Positions 9,570-18,820 of a stretch of 64,000 nt of DNA are shown here, in pieces. This stretch comes from an uncultured Thermoleophilia bacterium. Its GTDB lineage: Bacteria > Actinomycetota > Thermoleophilia > UBA2241. The number at the start of each line of letters is the position of its first letter. The first letter of the stretch is position 1. The stretch spans positions 8,082-72,081 of the forward strand of contig CAWHHT010000005.1 of assembly GCA_963829205.1 (NCBI GenBank), in the 5' to 3' direction. The position numbers and the translations under genes were made by a program. The notes under the pieces were generated by a model. The model worked only from the letters and a program-made list of their open reading frames with translations. It did not search any database and was not told the DNA's origin.

Positions 9570-10043
9570 GTGAGCGCGGACCCCTTCATCGGCGTCGTGA
9601 GCGACACGCACGGCTACTACGACCCCGTGCTCGACGAGCTGTTCGCCGGCGCGGTGCACATCGTGCACGCCGGCGACGTCAACGACCCGGCGACGTTGAC
9701 GCGCCTGCGCAGGCTGGCGCCGCTGACTGCTGTGGCCGGGAACACGGACCGCCCCGACCCGCTGATCGATCTGCCGTGGGAGGTCGCCACCGAGATCGCC
9801 GGCCTGCGCGTGCTCATCTGCCACATCGGCGCCGACCTGATGAACCGTCACGACCCGGTCGCCGAGGGCTTCGACCTCGTGATCAGCGGCCACAGCCATC
9901 GCGCGGCGACGGAATGGCGCGGGCACACGCTGTTCCTCAATCCGGGTTCGGCGGGGCGGCCGCGCTTCGGGCAGGCGCGCACCTGTGCGCTGGTGGCCGT
10001 CAAGGCCGGCCGGCCCGACCCGCAGATCGTCACGCTGGGCTAG
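9570..10043 (+). CDS. YfcE-like metallophosphoesterase
   Basis: Motifs GVVSDTHG, HAGD, GNTD and SGHSH; 157 aa. Confidence 0.75.
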   Translation: MSADPFIGVVSDTHGYYDPVLDELFAGAVHIVHAGDVNDPATLTRLRRLAPLTAVAGNTDRPDPLIDLPWEVATEIAGLRVLICHIGADLMNRHDPVAEGFDLVISGHSHRAATEWRGHTLFLNPGSAGRPRFGQARTCALVAVKAGRPDPQIVTLG

Positions 10044-10133
10044 CGCGCGCCGGCACGCCACCCTCGACCTGAGCCTGATTGCGGGCGGGTATATGAGGAA
10101 GGACGAAGGATCGACGCGCGGAGGCGCACAGCG

Positions 10134-10400
10134 ATGACGACACCACCCGCTACACCACCAGTGACCATCTACTCGCTCACCACCTGCGGCTGGAGCCGCA
10201 AGGCGAAGGCATACTTCCAGGAGCGCGGTATCCCCTTCTACGCCATCGAGTACGATATGGCTGGCCCGGAGCTGCAGCAGAAGATCGGCGCGGAGATGCA
10301 GGCGCACGGCGCGGACGGCTTCCCGTACGTCAAGATCGGCAGCCAGGTCGTCCGGGGCTACGACCCCGACACTTTTGCCCAGCTGCTCAAGGGCGCCTGA
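10134..10400 (+). CDS. Glutaredoxin-like (YruB/NrdH-like) protein, CGWS active-site variant
   Basis: VTIYSLTTCGWSRKAKAYF...FPYVKIG..VRGYDPD; thioredoxin fold. Confidence 0.7.
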   Translation: MTTPPATPPVTIYSLTTCGWSRKAKAYFQERGIPFYAIEYDMAGPELQQKIGAEMQAHGADGFPYVKIGSQVVRGYDPDTFAQLLKGA

Positions 10401-10425
10401 ACCGTCGCGGATGGAGGACGAACGC

Positions 10426-10686
10426 ATGCCCGAACAGACCAAGACCGTCTCGCTGTACACCTTGAGCACCTGCCCCTGGTGCCGCAAAGCCAAGGCCTAC
10501 CTCGACGACAAGCGCGTCAAGTACAGCTACATCGACTACGACCTCGCCGAAGAGGACGTGCAGGACCGGATCCAGGAGGAGATGATGGCGCACAACGCCG
10601 CCGCGTTCCCCTTCGCCAGGATCGGTGAGGACTTCATCGTCGGCTACAACCCCGAAGCGTACGCGCGGCTGCTGGGCCTGGAGTAG
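10426..10686 (+). CDS. Glutaredoxin-like (YruB/NrdH-like) protein, CPWC active site
   Basis: GGAGGA RBS, then ATG 10426. VSLYTLSTCPWCRKAKAYL...FPFARIG..IVGYNPE. It is a paralogue of the preceding gene. Confidence 0.7.
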   Translation: MPEQTKTVSLYTLSTCPWCRKAKAYLDDKRVKYSYIDYDLAEEDVQDRIQEEMMAHNAAAFPFARIGEDFIVGYNPEAYARLLGLE

Positions 10687-10719
10687 GGGAAGAGGGGACC
10701 GGCGCCGGCGGGAGGACGA

Positions 10720-10796
<77 letters not shown>

Positions 10797-10939
10797 ACGC
10801 GGAGACGGATTCTACCGGAACGCGGCCGGTGGCGCTACCGTCCGCCGGCCGCGGTCTGAGGCTGCGAGCCGGCCTGTCGCCGGTGCCGGACGGCGGGGCA
10901 CGGCCGTGGTCGAGGGCCGCTCTGAGCGGCCGGCGCCGC

Positions 10940-12247
10940 TCAGCAGAGGTCGTCGACGGCCGCGTCCGTCGGCAGGCCGGCCGTGACCGGCTCCGCCGGC
11001 AGATGGCCGGCCCGCCGGGCCTGCGCGGCCCGCATCGCTTCAAGCGCGGCCGGGAAGGGCTGCAGCGCGCGCTCGAAGATCCCGAGGCTGAAGGCGATCA
11101 CCAGCCCGTAGTTGGTGATCGGTACGCCCGCCTGCTTGCAGCGCAGGATGCGCCCCAGCATCGCGCGCCTGTTGAAGGTGCAGGCGCCGCAGTGGACGAT
11201 CAGGTCCCAGCCGGACGGGTCGTCGGGGAAGTCGTGCCCCTGCATGTGCTCGATGTTGAGCTTGCCGCCCACGTACTGGGTGAGCCAGCGCGGGATCTTG
11301 ACGCGCCCGATGTCCTCGGCGATGGGGTGGTGGCTGCAGGCCTCGGCGATGAGCACGTTGGCGCCGCTCTTGAGGTCGTCCACCGCCAGCGTGCCCTCGA
11401 CCTGGCTCACAAGGTCGCCCTTGAAGCGGCTGAAGAGGATGCTGAAGCTCGTCATCGGCACCTCGGGCGGCGTGTCGGCCGCCACCTTGAGGAAGGCCTG
11501 CGAGTCGGTGACGACGAGCTTCGGCGGCACCGTGAGGCGCTCGAAGGCGCTGCGGAGCTCACGCTCCTTGACCACGAGCGCCAGCGCGTCGCTGTCCATG
11601 AGGTCGCGGATGCTCTGCACCTGCGGCAGGATCAGGCGCCCGCGCGGCGCCTCCTTGTCGATCGGTACCACGAGCACGGCGAGCTCGCCGCTGTTGACGA
11701 GGTCGCCGAGGATCGTCGGGTTGTCGATGAAGTCCGGGGGCGCCGCGTCGAGCAGCGCCTGGCGGAAGTCGAGCACTCCGCGGCCCTCGCTCGCGGCGGT
11801 CAGCACCGGCGCGATCTTGAGCTCCTGCAGCCGCGGCACCGGCGCCGGCTTGCCGACCAGATCGCACTTGTTGAACACCACCACGACCGGCGCCTTGCGC
11901 TCGAGCAGCTCGTCGAGGATGCCGTCCTCGTACTCGCCCCAGCTGCCGGCCTCGGTGACCAGCACGCCGAGGTCCGTGCGGTCGAAGACCTGCGTCGTGC
12001 GTCTGGCGCGCAGCTCGCCGAGGACGCCGACGTCGTCGATGCCGGCGGTGTCGATGAACAGCACGGGGCCCAGAGGCAGGAGCTCCATCGGCTTCTCGAC
12101 GGGGTCCGTGGTCGTGCCGGCGAAGTCCGAGACGATGCTGACGTCCTGTCGCGTGATGGCGTTGAGCAGGCTGCTCTTGCCGACGTTGCGGCGGCCGAAG
12201 ATGCCGATGTGCAGCCGCATGCCGCGGGGTGCGTCCATCAGGCCCAT
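10940..12247 (-). CDS. hydF: [FeFe]-hydrogenase H-cluster maturation GTPase HydF
   Basis: G1 motif GRRNVGKSS, G3 motif DTAG, NKCD, and C-terminal cluster-binding CSHH...HCGAC. Confidence 0.9.
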   Translation of the reverse strand: MGLMDAPRGMRLHIGIFGRRNVGKSSLLNAITRQDVSIVSDFAGTTTDPVEKPMELLPLGPVLFIDTAGIDDVGVLGELRARRTTQVFDRTDLGVLVTEAGSWGEYEDGILDELLERKAPVVVVFNKCDLVGKPAPVPRLQELKIAPVLTAASEGRGVLDFRQALLDAAPPDFIDNPTILGDLVNSGELAVLVVPIDKEAPRGRLILPQVQSIRDLMDSDALALVVKERELRSAFERLTVPPKLVVTDSQAFLKVAADTPPEVPMTSFSILFSRFKGDLVSQVEGTLAVDDLKSGANVLIAEACSHHPIAEDIGRVKIPRWLTQYVGGKLNIEHMQGHDFPDDPSGWDLIVHCGACTFNRRAMLGRILRCKQAGVPITNYGLVIAFSLGIFERALQPFPAALEAMRAAQARRAGHLPAEPVTAGLPTDAAVDDLC

Positions 12248-12250
12248 GAG

Positions 12251-13681
12251 CTAGTCCTCCACCGGGCGCCCGAGCGGCTGCGGGTGGCCGAGGCGGCACA
12301 CGGCCTCCGGCGTGAGCAGCTCCTCGTAGGCCTCGGCCGTCAGCAGCCCGTCGGCGACGACGACGTCGCGGATCGTCTCTCCCCGCTCGGCGGCCTTTGC
12401 GACCACGGCGCAGGCCGCCTCGTAGCCGATCTCCGGCACCAGCGCCGTGGCGGCCGCGCTCGAGGCCCGGACGTGCGCGGCGCAGCGCTCTTCGTCGGCC
12501 TCGATGCCCTCGACGCAGTTGCGGCGCAGCGTCTCGCAGGCGCGGGCAAGCAACGTGAGGCTGTCCAGCAGGCAGGTCGCGACGAGGGGCAGGAACGCGT
12601 TGAGCTCGAGGCTGCCGAGGCCGCAGGCGGCGGCGATGGTGGCGTCGTAGCCCATGACGAGCAGCGCCACCTGGCTCACGGCCTCCGGGATCACCGGGTT
12701 GACCTTGCCGGGCATGATGCTGGAGCCGGCCTGCCGCCGCGGCAGGCGGATCTCGCCGAGCCCCGCCTCCGGCCCCGAGCTCATCAGCCGCAGGTCGCCG
12801 CAGATCTTGAGGAGGTTGACCGCGTGCGCCTTGAGGATGCCCGAGACCTCCACGAACACGTCGGCGTTCTGCGTGGCCTCGGTGAGGTTCTCGGCGCGCG
12901 CGAAGCCCACGCCGGTGAGCTCACGCAGCGTGTCGACGACGCGGAAGATGTACTGGCGCGGCGCGCCGAAGCCGGTGCCGATGGCGGTGCCGCCGAGGTT
13001 GACCACGCGCAGGCGCTCCTCGCACTTGTAGATGCGCCAGCGGTCGCGGTTGAGCGCCTCGGCGTAGGCGCCCATCTCGCGCCCGAGCGTGGTGAGGACG
13101 GCGTCCTGGTACTGCGTGCGGCCGACCTTGACGACGTGCGCGAACTGCTGCTCCTTCTGCTGGAACGCCTCCTGCAGGGTGACGACCTGGTCCTCCAGGC
13201 GGTGGAGCAGGGTGATCGCCGCCAGGCGCAGTGCGGTGGGGAAGGTGTCGTTCGTGCTCTGGTGGAGGTTGACGTCGTCGAGCGGCGAGACGCGGGCATA
13301 CGTCCCCAGCGGCTCGCCGAGCAGCTCCAGGGCGCGGTTGGCCAGCACCTCGTTCACGTTCATGTTGGTGCTGGTGCCGGCGCCGCCCTGCAGACGGTCG
13401 ACGACGATCTCGGCCGCGAGCCCGCCGTCGGCCAGCTCGCGGCAGGCGCGCTCGATGGCGTCCGCCTTGGCGTCATCCGCGGCCCAGGCGCCGAGCGCCC
13501 GGTTGGTGCGCGCGCAGGCGAGCTTGACCATGCCGAAGGCGCGGGCGAGCTCCGGGTGCACCGGCTCGCCCGCGAGCGGGAAGTTGTCGAGGGCGCGCTC
13601 GGTGTGCGCGCCGTGCAGGCTCTGCGCCGGCACGGCGACCTCACCGAGCAGGTCGCGCTCGATCCTCGTCTCGTCGCTCAC
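12251..13681 (-). CDS. aspA: Aspartate ammonia-lyase (aspartase/fumarase superfamily)
   Basis: GGAGTSTNMNVNEV (aspartase-type, not the SGSGTQ of fumarase), HQSTNDTFP, and GSSIMPGKVNPVIPE signature. Confidence 0.85.
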   Translation of the reverse strand: MSDETRIERDLLGEVAVPAQSLHGAHTERALDNFPLAGEPVHPELARAFGMVKLACARTNRALGAWAADDAKADAIERACRELADGGLAAEIVVDRLQGGAGTSTNMNVNEVLANRALELLGEPLGTYARVSPLDDVNLHQSTNDTFPTALRLAAITLLHRLEDQVVTLQEAFQQKEQQFAHVVKVGRTQYQDAVLTTLGREMGAYAEALNRDRWRIYKCEERLRVVNLGGTAIGTGFGAPRQYIFRVVDTLRELTGVGFARAENLTEATQNADVFVEVSGILKAHAVNLLKICGDLRLMSSGPEAGLGEIRLPRRQAGSSIMPGKVNPVIPEAVSQVALLVMGYDATIAAACGLGSLELNAFLPLVATCLLDSLTLLARACETLRRNCVEGIEADEERCAAHVRASSAAATALVPEIGYEAACAVVAKAAERGETIRDVVVADGLLTAEAYEELLTPEAVCRLGHPQPLGRPVED

Positions 13682-13714
13682 GGACGGCTCGTGGGGTCGG
13701 GCGGCTGGTCGGAG

Positions 13715-13975
13715 TCAGTGGTGGAACACCATCTTCTGGACGCCGACGCCCTCGACGCCGTTGAGCTTGGCCATCATCGCCGAGGCTTCGTCCTCTGAGC
13801 CGAAGAACTCGATGAGCACCACGCCACTCGGCGAGCAACTGCGCTCGTCGACGTCGTGCAGGCCGATGCGCGTCTTGATGTTGCAGCCGTACTCGGTGAA
13901 GACCTTCTGCACCTCCACCGCGTTCTTGAGCCGGTCGCTGATGTGGATGCCGAGGATGATGTGGTCGTCGTTCAC
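13715..13975 (-). CDS. TM1266-like small ACT/NikR-C-like protein associated with [FeFe]-hydrogenase maturation genes
   Basis: AAGGAGGAG RBS, then GTG at 13975. The 86-aa product reads VNDDHIILGIHISDRLKNAVEVQKVFTEYGCNIKTRIGLH. It sits between hydG and aspA. Confidence 0.6.
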   Translation of the reverse strand: MNDDHIILGIHISDRLKNAVEVQKVFTEYGCNIKTRIGLHDVDERSCSPSGVVLIEFFGSEDEASAMMAKLNGVEGVGVQKMVFHH

Positions 13976-14019
13976 GGTCCTGTCTCCTCCTTGGTCGTTG
14001 GCTGCCGGCGCGAGCTCGC

Positions 14020-15423
14020 TCAGCAGAGCACGTCGCGCTCGCCGCCCCGCACCTTGTCCAGCATCTTCTGGGTGTGGGCGCGACGCACGTCGTCCATCTC
14101 GCGCACGCGCTGCTCGATGAGCTTCTCGCCGATCTCGCGCGTGCTCTCCGTGCCGTAGTCGAGGAGGTACTCCTCGAAGGTCGCCAGCGCGTTGGGGTCG
14201 CAGTGATGCTTGATGTCGCCGGGCTTGGCGAGGTCCATGAAGTCCATGCCGGTGCGGCCGAGCCGGTAGCAGGCGGTGCAGAACGAGGGCACGTACCCGA
14301 GCTCGGCGACGTCGCGGATGACCTCGTCGAGCGAACGGTGGTCGCCGAGCTGGAACTGCGCCGAGTCGAACTTCTCGTTCTCCTCGTAGCCGCCGGGGTT
14401 GGTGCGGCTGCCGGCGGAGATCTGGCTGACGCCGAGCGCGAAGGTCTCGCGGCGCAGGTTGGCCGTCTCCCGGGTGCTCATGATCATGCCGGTGTACGGC
14501 ACGGAGAGGCGCAGGATGGCGACGATCTTGCGGAAGTCGATGTCGCCGACCGGCTGTGGCGGGTGGCTCGCCATGTCGGAGCCGCTGGCCGGCTCCAGGC
14601 GCGGCATGCTGATCGTGTGCGGCCCGACGCCGAAGGCGCGCTCGAGCTCGCGCACGTGCTGCATGAGCGCGAGCAGCTCGAAGCGCCAGTCGTAGAGGCC
14701 GAAGAGCACGCCGATGCCGACGTCGTCGATGCCGGCCTCCATGGCGCGGTGCATCCCGGTCACGCGCCAGTCGTAGTCCTTCTTCCTGCCGCCCAGGTGC
14801 ACGGCCGCGTACGTGGCGCGGTGGTAGGTCTCCTGGAAGAGCTGGAAGGTCCCGATGCCGGTGGCCTTGAGGGCCTTGAAGTCCGGCACGGAGAGAGGCG
14901 CGATGTTGACGTTGACGCGGCGGATCTCGCCGTTGCCGCGTTTGACCTCGTAGATGGTGGCGATCGAGTCGAGCACGTAGCCGAAGCCCTGCTTGGGATA
15001 GGACTCCCCGGCCACGAGGAGGATGCGCTTGTGACCCTGGTCGACGAGCAGCTCGGTCTCGTGGCGGATCTCCGCCTGGGTGAGCGCGCGGCGCTTGAGC
15101 TCCTTGTTGCGCACGCGGAAGGCGCAGTACATGCAGTCGTTGCTGCACAGGTTGCTGATGTACAGCGGCGCGAAGAGGACCAGGCGCGGGCCGTAGATGG
15201 CGTCCTTGACGTCGCGCGCCGCGGCGAACAGCTCGCCGAGCAGCTCGGGGTCGCTCACCGAGCTGAGGATGGCCACGTCTTCCATGTCGAGACCCTTGAG
15301 CTCGCGCGCCTTGGCGAGGATCTCGCGCACGCGACCTGCGTCTTTGGTGGAGGCCGCCCCAAGGGCTTCGCCGATGGCGGCCTCGTCGATGAACGCTCCC
15401 GTTTCCACGACTCTGGTGCTCAT
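14020..15423 (-). CDS. hydG: [FeFe]-hydrogenase H-cluster radical SAM maturase HydG
   Basis: Radical SAM motif CSNDCMYC and C-terminal cluster region SFCTACYR. 467 aa, typical HydG length. GAGGAG RBS. Confidence 0.9.
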   Translation of the reverse strand: MSTRVVETGAFIDEAAIGEALGAASTKDAGRVREILAKARELKGLDMEDVAILSSVSDPELLGELFAAARDVKDAIYGPRLVLFAPLYISNLCSNDCMYCAFRVRNKELKRRALTQAEIRHETELLVDQGHKRILLVAGESYPKQGFGYVLDSIATIYEVKRGNGEIRRVNVNIAPLSVPDFKALKATGIGTFQLFQETYHRATYAAVHLGGRKKDYDWRVTGMHRAMEAGIDDVGIGVLFGLYDWRFELLALMQHVRELERAFGVGPHTISMPRLEPASGSDMASHPPQPVGDIDFRKIVAILRLSVPYTGMIMSTRETANLRRETFALGVSQISAGSRTNPGGYEENEKFDSAQFQLGDHRSLDEVIRDVAELGYVPSFCTACYRLGRTGMDFMDLAKPGDIKHHCDPNALATFEEYLLDYGTESTREIGEKLIEQRVREMDDVRRAHTQKMLDKVRGGERDVLC

Positions 15424-15451
15424 GTAGTACTCCTCATCCGACGCTCGCCGG

Positions 15452-16786
15452 TCACGCGCACTCTGGCGTCGCCGGTATCTCGAAACAGAACTTCGCCCAC
15501 TCGCCGTGCTTGGACTCGGCGGTGATCCGACCTTGATGCAATTGGATGATGCGCCACGCGTTGTACAACCCGACGCCGGTGCCGCGGCGGTTCTTGAGGG
15601 CCGGGTCGTCGAGGCGCGAGAAGCGCCTGAACAACTGGTTCTTCTGTGCCTGGCTGAAGCCGGGCCCCTGATTGCACACGGCGATCTTGAGCTTGGCCGA
15701 GCTGCCGCGCCGCGCCGGCGTGACCTCGGCCGTGACCTTGACCTCGCCGCCGTCGAGGCCGTACTTGACGGCGTTGTCGAGGAGATTGACGAGGACGATG
15801 CGCAGCAGCGTCGGATCGCAGCACACGAGGGCCGAGCCGGTCGCCGGCATCTCGGTGATCAACCGCATGCCGCGCGCCTCCAGCTGCGGGCGCACGAGGT
15901 CCAGCGCCTCCTCGACGACCTCCACGCTCACGTCCACCTTCGAGCAGCGCTCCAGCTGGAGCTCGCCGCCCTCGACGCGCGCCAGGTCGAGGTATTCGTT
16001 GACGAGGCTGAGGAGGTACTGGCCCTTGCGGGTGATGCCGGCGAGCTTGCCTTTCTGGACGTCGGTGAGCTCGCCCAGGTAGCCCTGTTCGAGCAACTGC
16101 GCGTCCGTCACCATCGAGGCCACCGGGCTCTTGAGCTCGTGACTGACGAAGCCGAGCATCTGCGTGTAGGCGTAATTGGCCTCCTCGAGCTGCGCGATGC
16201 GCCACGCCTTCTCCACCGCCTGGCTGAGGCGCTCCGTGATCGCCATCTGCAGCTCGATGTGCCGCGGCCGGTACGTGTGCGTGCGCCGCGAGCTGCGGAA
16301 GATGAAGCCGACCACGCGGCCCTCCACGCTCAGCGGGCAGGTGAGGTTGGAGCGCACGCCCTCCTGGACGAGGCGCTTGGTGGAGCGGCTGCGCGGGTGC
16401 GCCCCGAGGTACAGGTCGAGGTTGCCGATGATGCGCGGCTGCCCGGTCTCGAGCACCTCGTGAAGAGACGTCTGCTGCAGTGCCTCCGAGTAGTCCTTGT
16501 CTATGGCGAGCGGCGCGTAGGAGGCGCGGTTGTAGTAGCTCGTGACGCGCTCGCCGCGCTCGTCGACGAAGGCCAGCCCGATGCGGTCGCAGGGGATGAG
16601 CTCCTGGGTGTTGTCGAACAGGTAGTCCACGATGGCGCGCAGGGAGGGGCGCGCGGCGATCTTCTGGTTGACCGTACGCAGGATCTTGCGCTCGTCCGGC
16701 GTGATCGGCGTGAGCACGCGCGCGTCGTGGAACGGGTCGACGAAACGGGCGGTCGACGGCGGCGTCTGATTGACGTGTTTGCCCAT
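15452..16786 (-). CDS. GAF-domain sensor histidine kinase
   Basis: N-terminal GAF-like region, HisKA FVSHELKSPV, and HATPase NLLDNAVKY...GTGVGLY. Confidence 0.8.
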   Translation of the reverse strand: MGKHVNQTPPSTARFVDPFHDARVLTPITPDERKILRTVNQKIAARPSLRAIVDYLFDNTQELIPCDRIGLAFVDERGERVTSYYNRASYAPLAIDKDYSEALQQTSLHEVLETGQPRIIGNLDLYLGAHPRSRSTKRLVQEGVRSNLTCPLSVEGRVVGFIFRSSRRTHTYRPRHIELQMAITERLSQAVEKAWRIAQLEEANYAYTQMLGFVSHELKSPVASMVTDAQLLEQGYLGELTDVQKGKLAGITRKGQYLLSLVNEYLDLARVEGGELQLERCSKVDVSVEVVEEALDLVRPQLEARGMRLITEMPATGSALVCCDPTLLRIVLVNLLDNAVKYGLDGGEVKVTAEVTPARRGSSAKLKIAVCNQGPGFSQAQKNQLFRRFSRLDDPALKNRRGTGVGLYNAWRIIQLHQGRITAESKHGEWAKFCFEIPATPECA

Positions 16787-16830
16787 GGACCTCGCTCGGA
16801 GTGAGCCTGCTTCCCTAGTGTAAGCGAAGC

Positions 16831-16863
16831 GGCGGCGGGGCGCTCGGGGAGCGCCCCGCCGCC
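16831..16863 (-). terminator. 15-bp perfect GC stem hairpin immediately after the hydA stop
   Basis: GGCGGCGGGGCGCTC-GGG-GAGCGCCCCGCCGCC read directly. It lies 20 nt downstream of the hydA stop codon on the minus strand. Confidence 0.5.
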
Positions 16864-16882
16864 GCGGCCAGCATGACGCCTG

Positions 16883-18820
16883 TTACTTCTGCGGGATGTA
16901 CTTGCCGCGCGCCGTGTAGCTGGTGTGCAGCAGCTCGTGGCTCTTGTGCCCGCACGGACCGTCGGTGAGGAACTCCTCGTAGGTCTTGGCCACCGCCGGG
17001 TTCTCGTAGGACTTGCGCACGCTGTACGCCTTGTCCTCGGAGTAGATGGCCTTGGCGCGGGCGGCGCGGATCTCGGCGTTGGTCGGGATCGGCTGGCCAC
17101 CGCCGCCCAGGCAGCCGCCCGGGCAGGCCATGAACTCGATGAAGTGGCATTCGCTGAACTTGCCGCCGGCCTTGATGTCTTCCATGACCTTCTTGGCGTT
17201 GGCGGTGCCGTGAGCCACGGCGACCTTGACGGTGACGCCGTCGAGCCAGTTCCAGTCCGGGACGAGGTGGGCGAGGATCGCCGGCACCGGCCCGACCTTG
17301 GGGATCGTGATCTCGGCGTAGCGCACGCCCTCGAAGCCGCGCACGGGGATGATGTCGCCGTGCTCGTAGATGCTCTCGACCTTCTCGCCGGTGACCAGCT
17401 CGATGACGGTCCGCAGGGCACTCTCCATCACGCCGCCGGTGGCGCCGAAGATCACGCCGGAGCCGGTGGCCGTGCCGAACGGGTCGTCGAAGTCGCTCTT
17501 GGGCAGGCTCGGCACATGCAGGCCGGCCTCCTTGAACATCTTGCCGAGCTCGCGCGTGGTGATGCCGAAGTCGACGTCCTTGAAGCCCGAGTCGTGCATC
17601 TCGGGCCGGTTGCACTCGAACTTCTTGGCCGAGCAGGGCATGAGCGCGCAGCTCACGATGCTGGCCGGGTCCACGCCCAGCTTCTCGGCGTAGTAGGTCT
17701 TGATCAACGCGCCGAACATCTGTTGCGGGCTCTTGGCGGACGAGGCGTTGGGCAGGTACTCGGGGTAGAAGTGCTCGAGGTACTTGACCCAGCCAGGCGA
17801 GCAGCTCGTGAACTGCGGCAGGGCCACGTCCTTGTCCCCTTCGACGAGGGCGCCATAGAGCCGCTTGATGAGCTCGGTGCCCTCCTCGATGATCGTGAGG
17901 TCGGCGGTGAAGTTGGTGTCGAAGACACGGTCGAAGCCGGCGCGGCGCAGGGCCGTGTTCATCTCGAACGTCACCGGCGTGCCGGGCTCGAGGCCAAAGA
18001 GCTCGCCCATCGCGGCGCGTGGCGCCGGCGCGGTCTGGATGACGACGTGCTTCTCTGGGTCGTCAAGAGCGGCCCAGACGGCGTCGGTCTCATCCTTGGC
18101 GTACAGGGCGCCGGTGGGGCAGCGGTTGACGCACTGGCCGCAGTTGATGCACACGACGTTGCCGAGCGGCAGGTCTTCAAAGGTGGCGATCTGCGTTTCG
18201 GCGCTGCGGTTGATGGCCTCGAGCACGCCCACTTCCTGCAGGTCGATGCAGGTGCGCACGCAGCGGCGGCAGCGGATGCACTTGTCCATGTCGCGCATCA
18301 CGGAGTAGCTGGAGAAATCGGGCTCGAACTGGGACTCGTCCGGGTGCCCGAAGGTGAAGTCGGTGATGCCGTATTCCTCGGCCAGCGTCTGCAGCTCGCA
18401 GTTGCCGTTGCGCACGCAGCTGTAGCACTCGCCGTAGTGCTCGCTGAGGAGCAGCTCGAGCACGTGGCGGCGCGCCTTGCGCACCTTGCGCGTGTGCGTG
18501 TTCACGGTCAGCGTGTTGGTGACCGGGTAGACGCAGGCGGCCTGCAGCGTGCGCTGGCCCTCGAGCTCGACCACGCACATGCGGCACACGCCGGCGACCT
18601 TGAGGTCCGGGTGGTTGCAGAGCGTGGGGATGTCGACGCCCACCGCCTTGGCGGCGTCGAGGATGGTCATGCCGAACGGCACTCTGGTCTCGATCCCGTC
18701 GATGGTGACGGACACGAGCGCGCCGATGGCCTCGGGGTTGTCGGAGACCGGTACCGTGCTCCCGACCTGGCTGGGCGGGATGCGCGGGGCTTTCTCGTCG
18801 TTTCTCGGCTGGTCGCTCAT
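16883..18820 (-). CDS. hydA: [FeFe] hydrogenase catalytic subunit HydA (NuoG-like N-terminus, group A NuoEF-linked type), copy 1, intact
   Basis: Start MSDQPRN at 18820. The 2Fe-2S N-domain reads VTIDGIETRV...LCNHP...GVCRMCVVE. There are 2x 4Fe-4S motifs. H-cluster motifs are FTSCSPGW, MPCSAKKFE and FMACPGGCLGGGGQP. Confidence 0.9.
   Translation of the reverse strand: MSDQPRNDEKAPRIPPSQVGSTVPVSDNPEAIGALVSVTIDGIETRVPFGMTILDAAKAVGVDIPTLCNHPDLKVAGVCRMCVVELEGQRTLQAACVYPVTNTLTVNTHTRKVRKARRHVLELLLSEHYGECYSCVRNGNCELQTLAEEYGITDFTFGHPDESQFEPDFSSYSVMRDMDKCIRCRRCVRTCIDLQEVGVLEAINRSAETQIATFEDLPLGNVVCINCGQCVNRCPTGALYAKDETDAVWAALDDPEKHVVIQTAPAPRAAMGELFGLEPGTPVTFEMNTALRRAGFDRVFDTNFTADLTIIEEGTELIKRLYGALVEGDKDVALPQFTSCSPGWVKYLEHFYPEYLPNASSAKSPQQMFGALIKTYYAEKLGVDPASIVSCALMPCSAKKFECNRPEMHDSGFKDVDFGITTRELGKMFKEAGLHVPSLPKSDFDDPFGTATGSGVIFGATGGVMESALRTVIELVTGEKVESIYEHGDIIPVRGFEGVRYAEITIPKVGPVPAILAHLVPDWNWLDGVTVKVAVAHGTANAKKVMEDIKAGGKFSECHFIEFMACPGGCLGGGGQPIPTNAEIRAARAKAIYSEDKAYSVRKSYENPAVAKTYEEFLTDGPCGHKSHELLHTSYTARGKYIPQK

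Noticed and set aside
10829-13798. 989-aa ORF on the plus strand
   Set aside because: It is a shadow ORF antisense to hydF and aspA. The translation is Arg/Ala/Gly/Asp-rich low-complexity with no motifs, as expected for the opposite strand of high-GC genes.
13715-15148. 477-aa minus-strand ORF overlapping hydG
   Set aside because: Only the last 86 codons (GTG at 13975, preceded by AAGGAGGAG) form a credible protein. The rest is an alternative frame of hydG.
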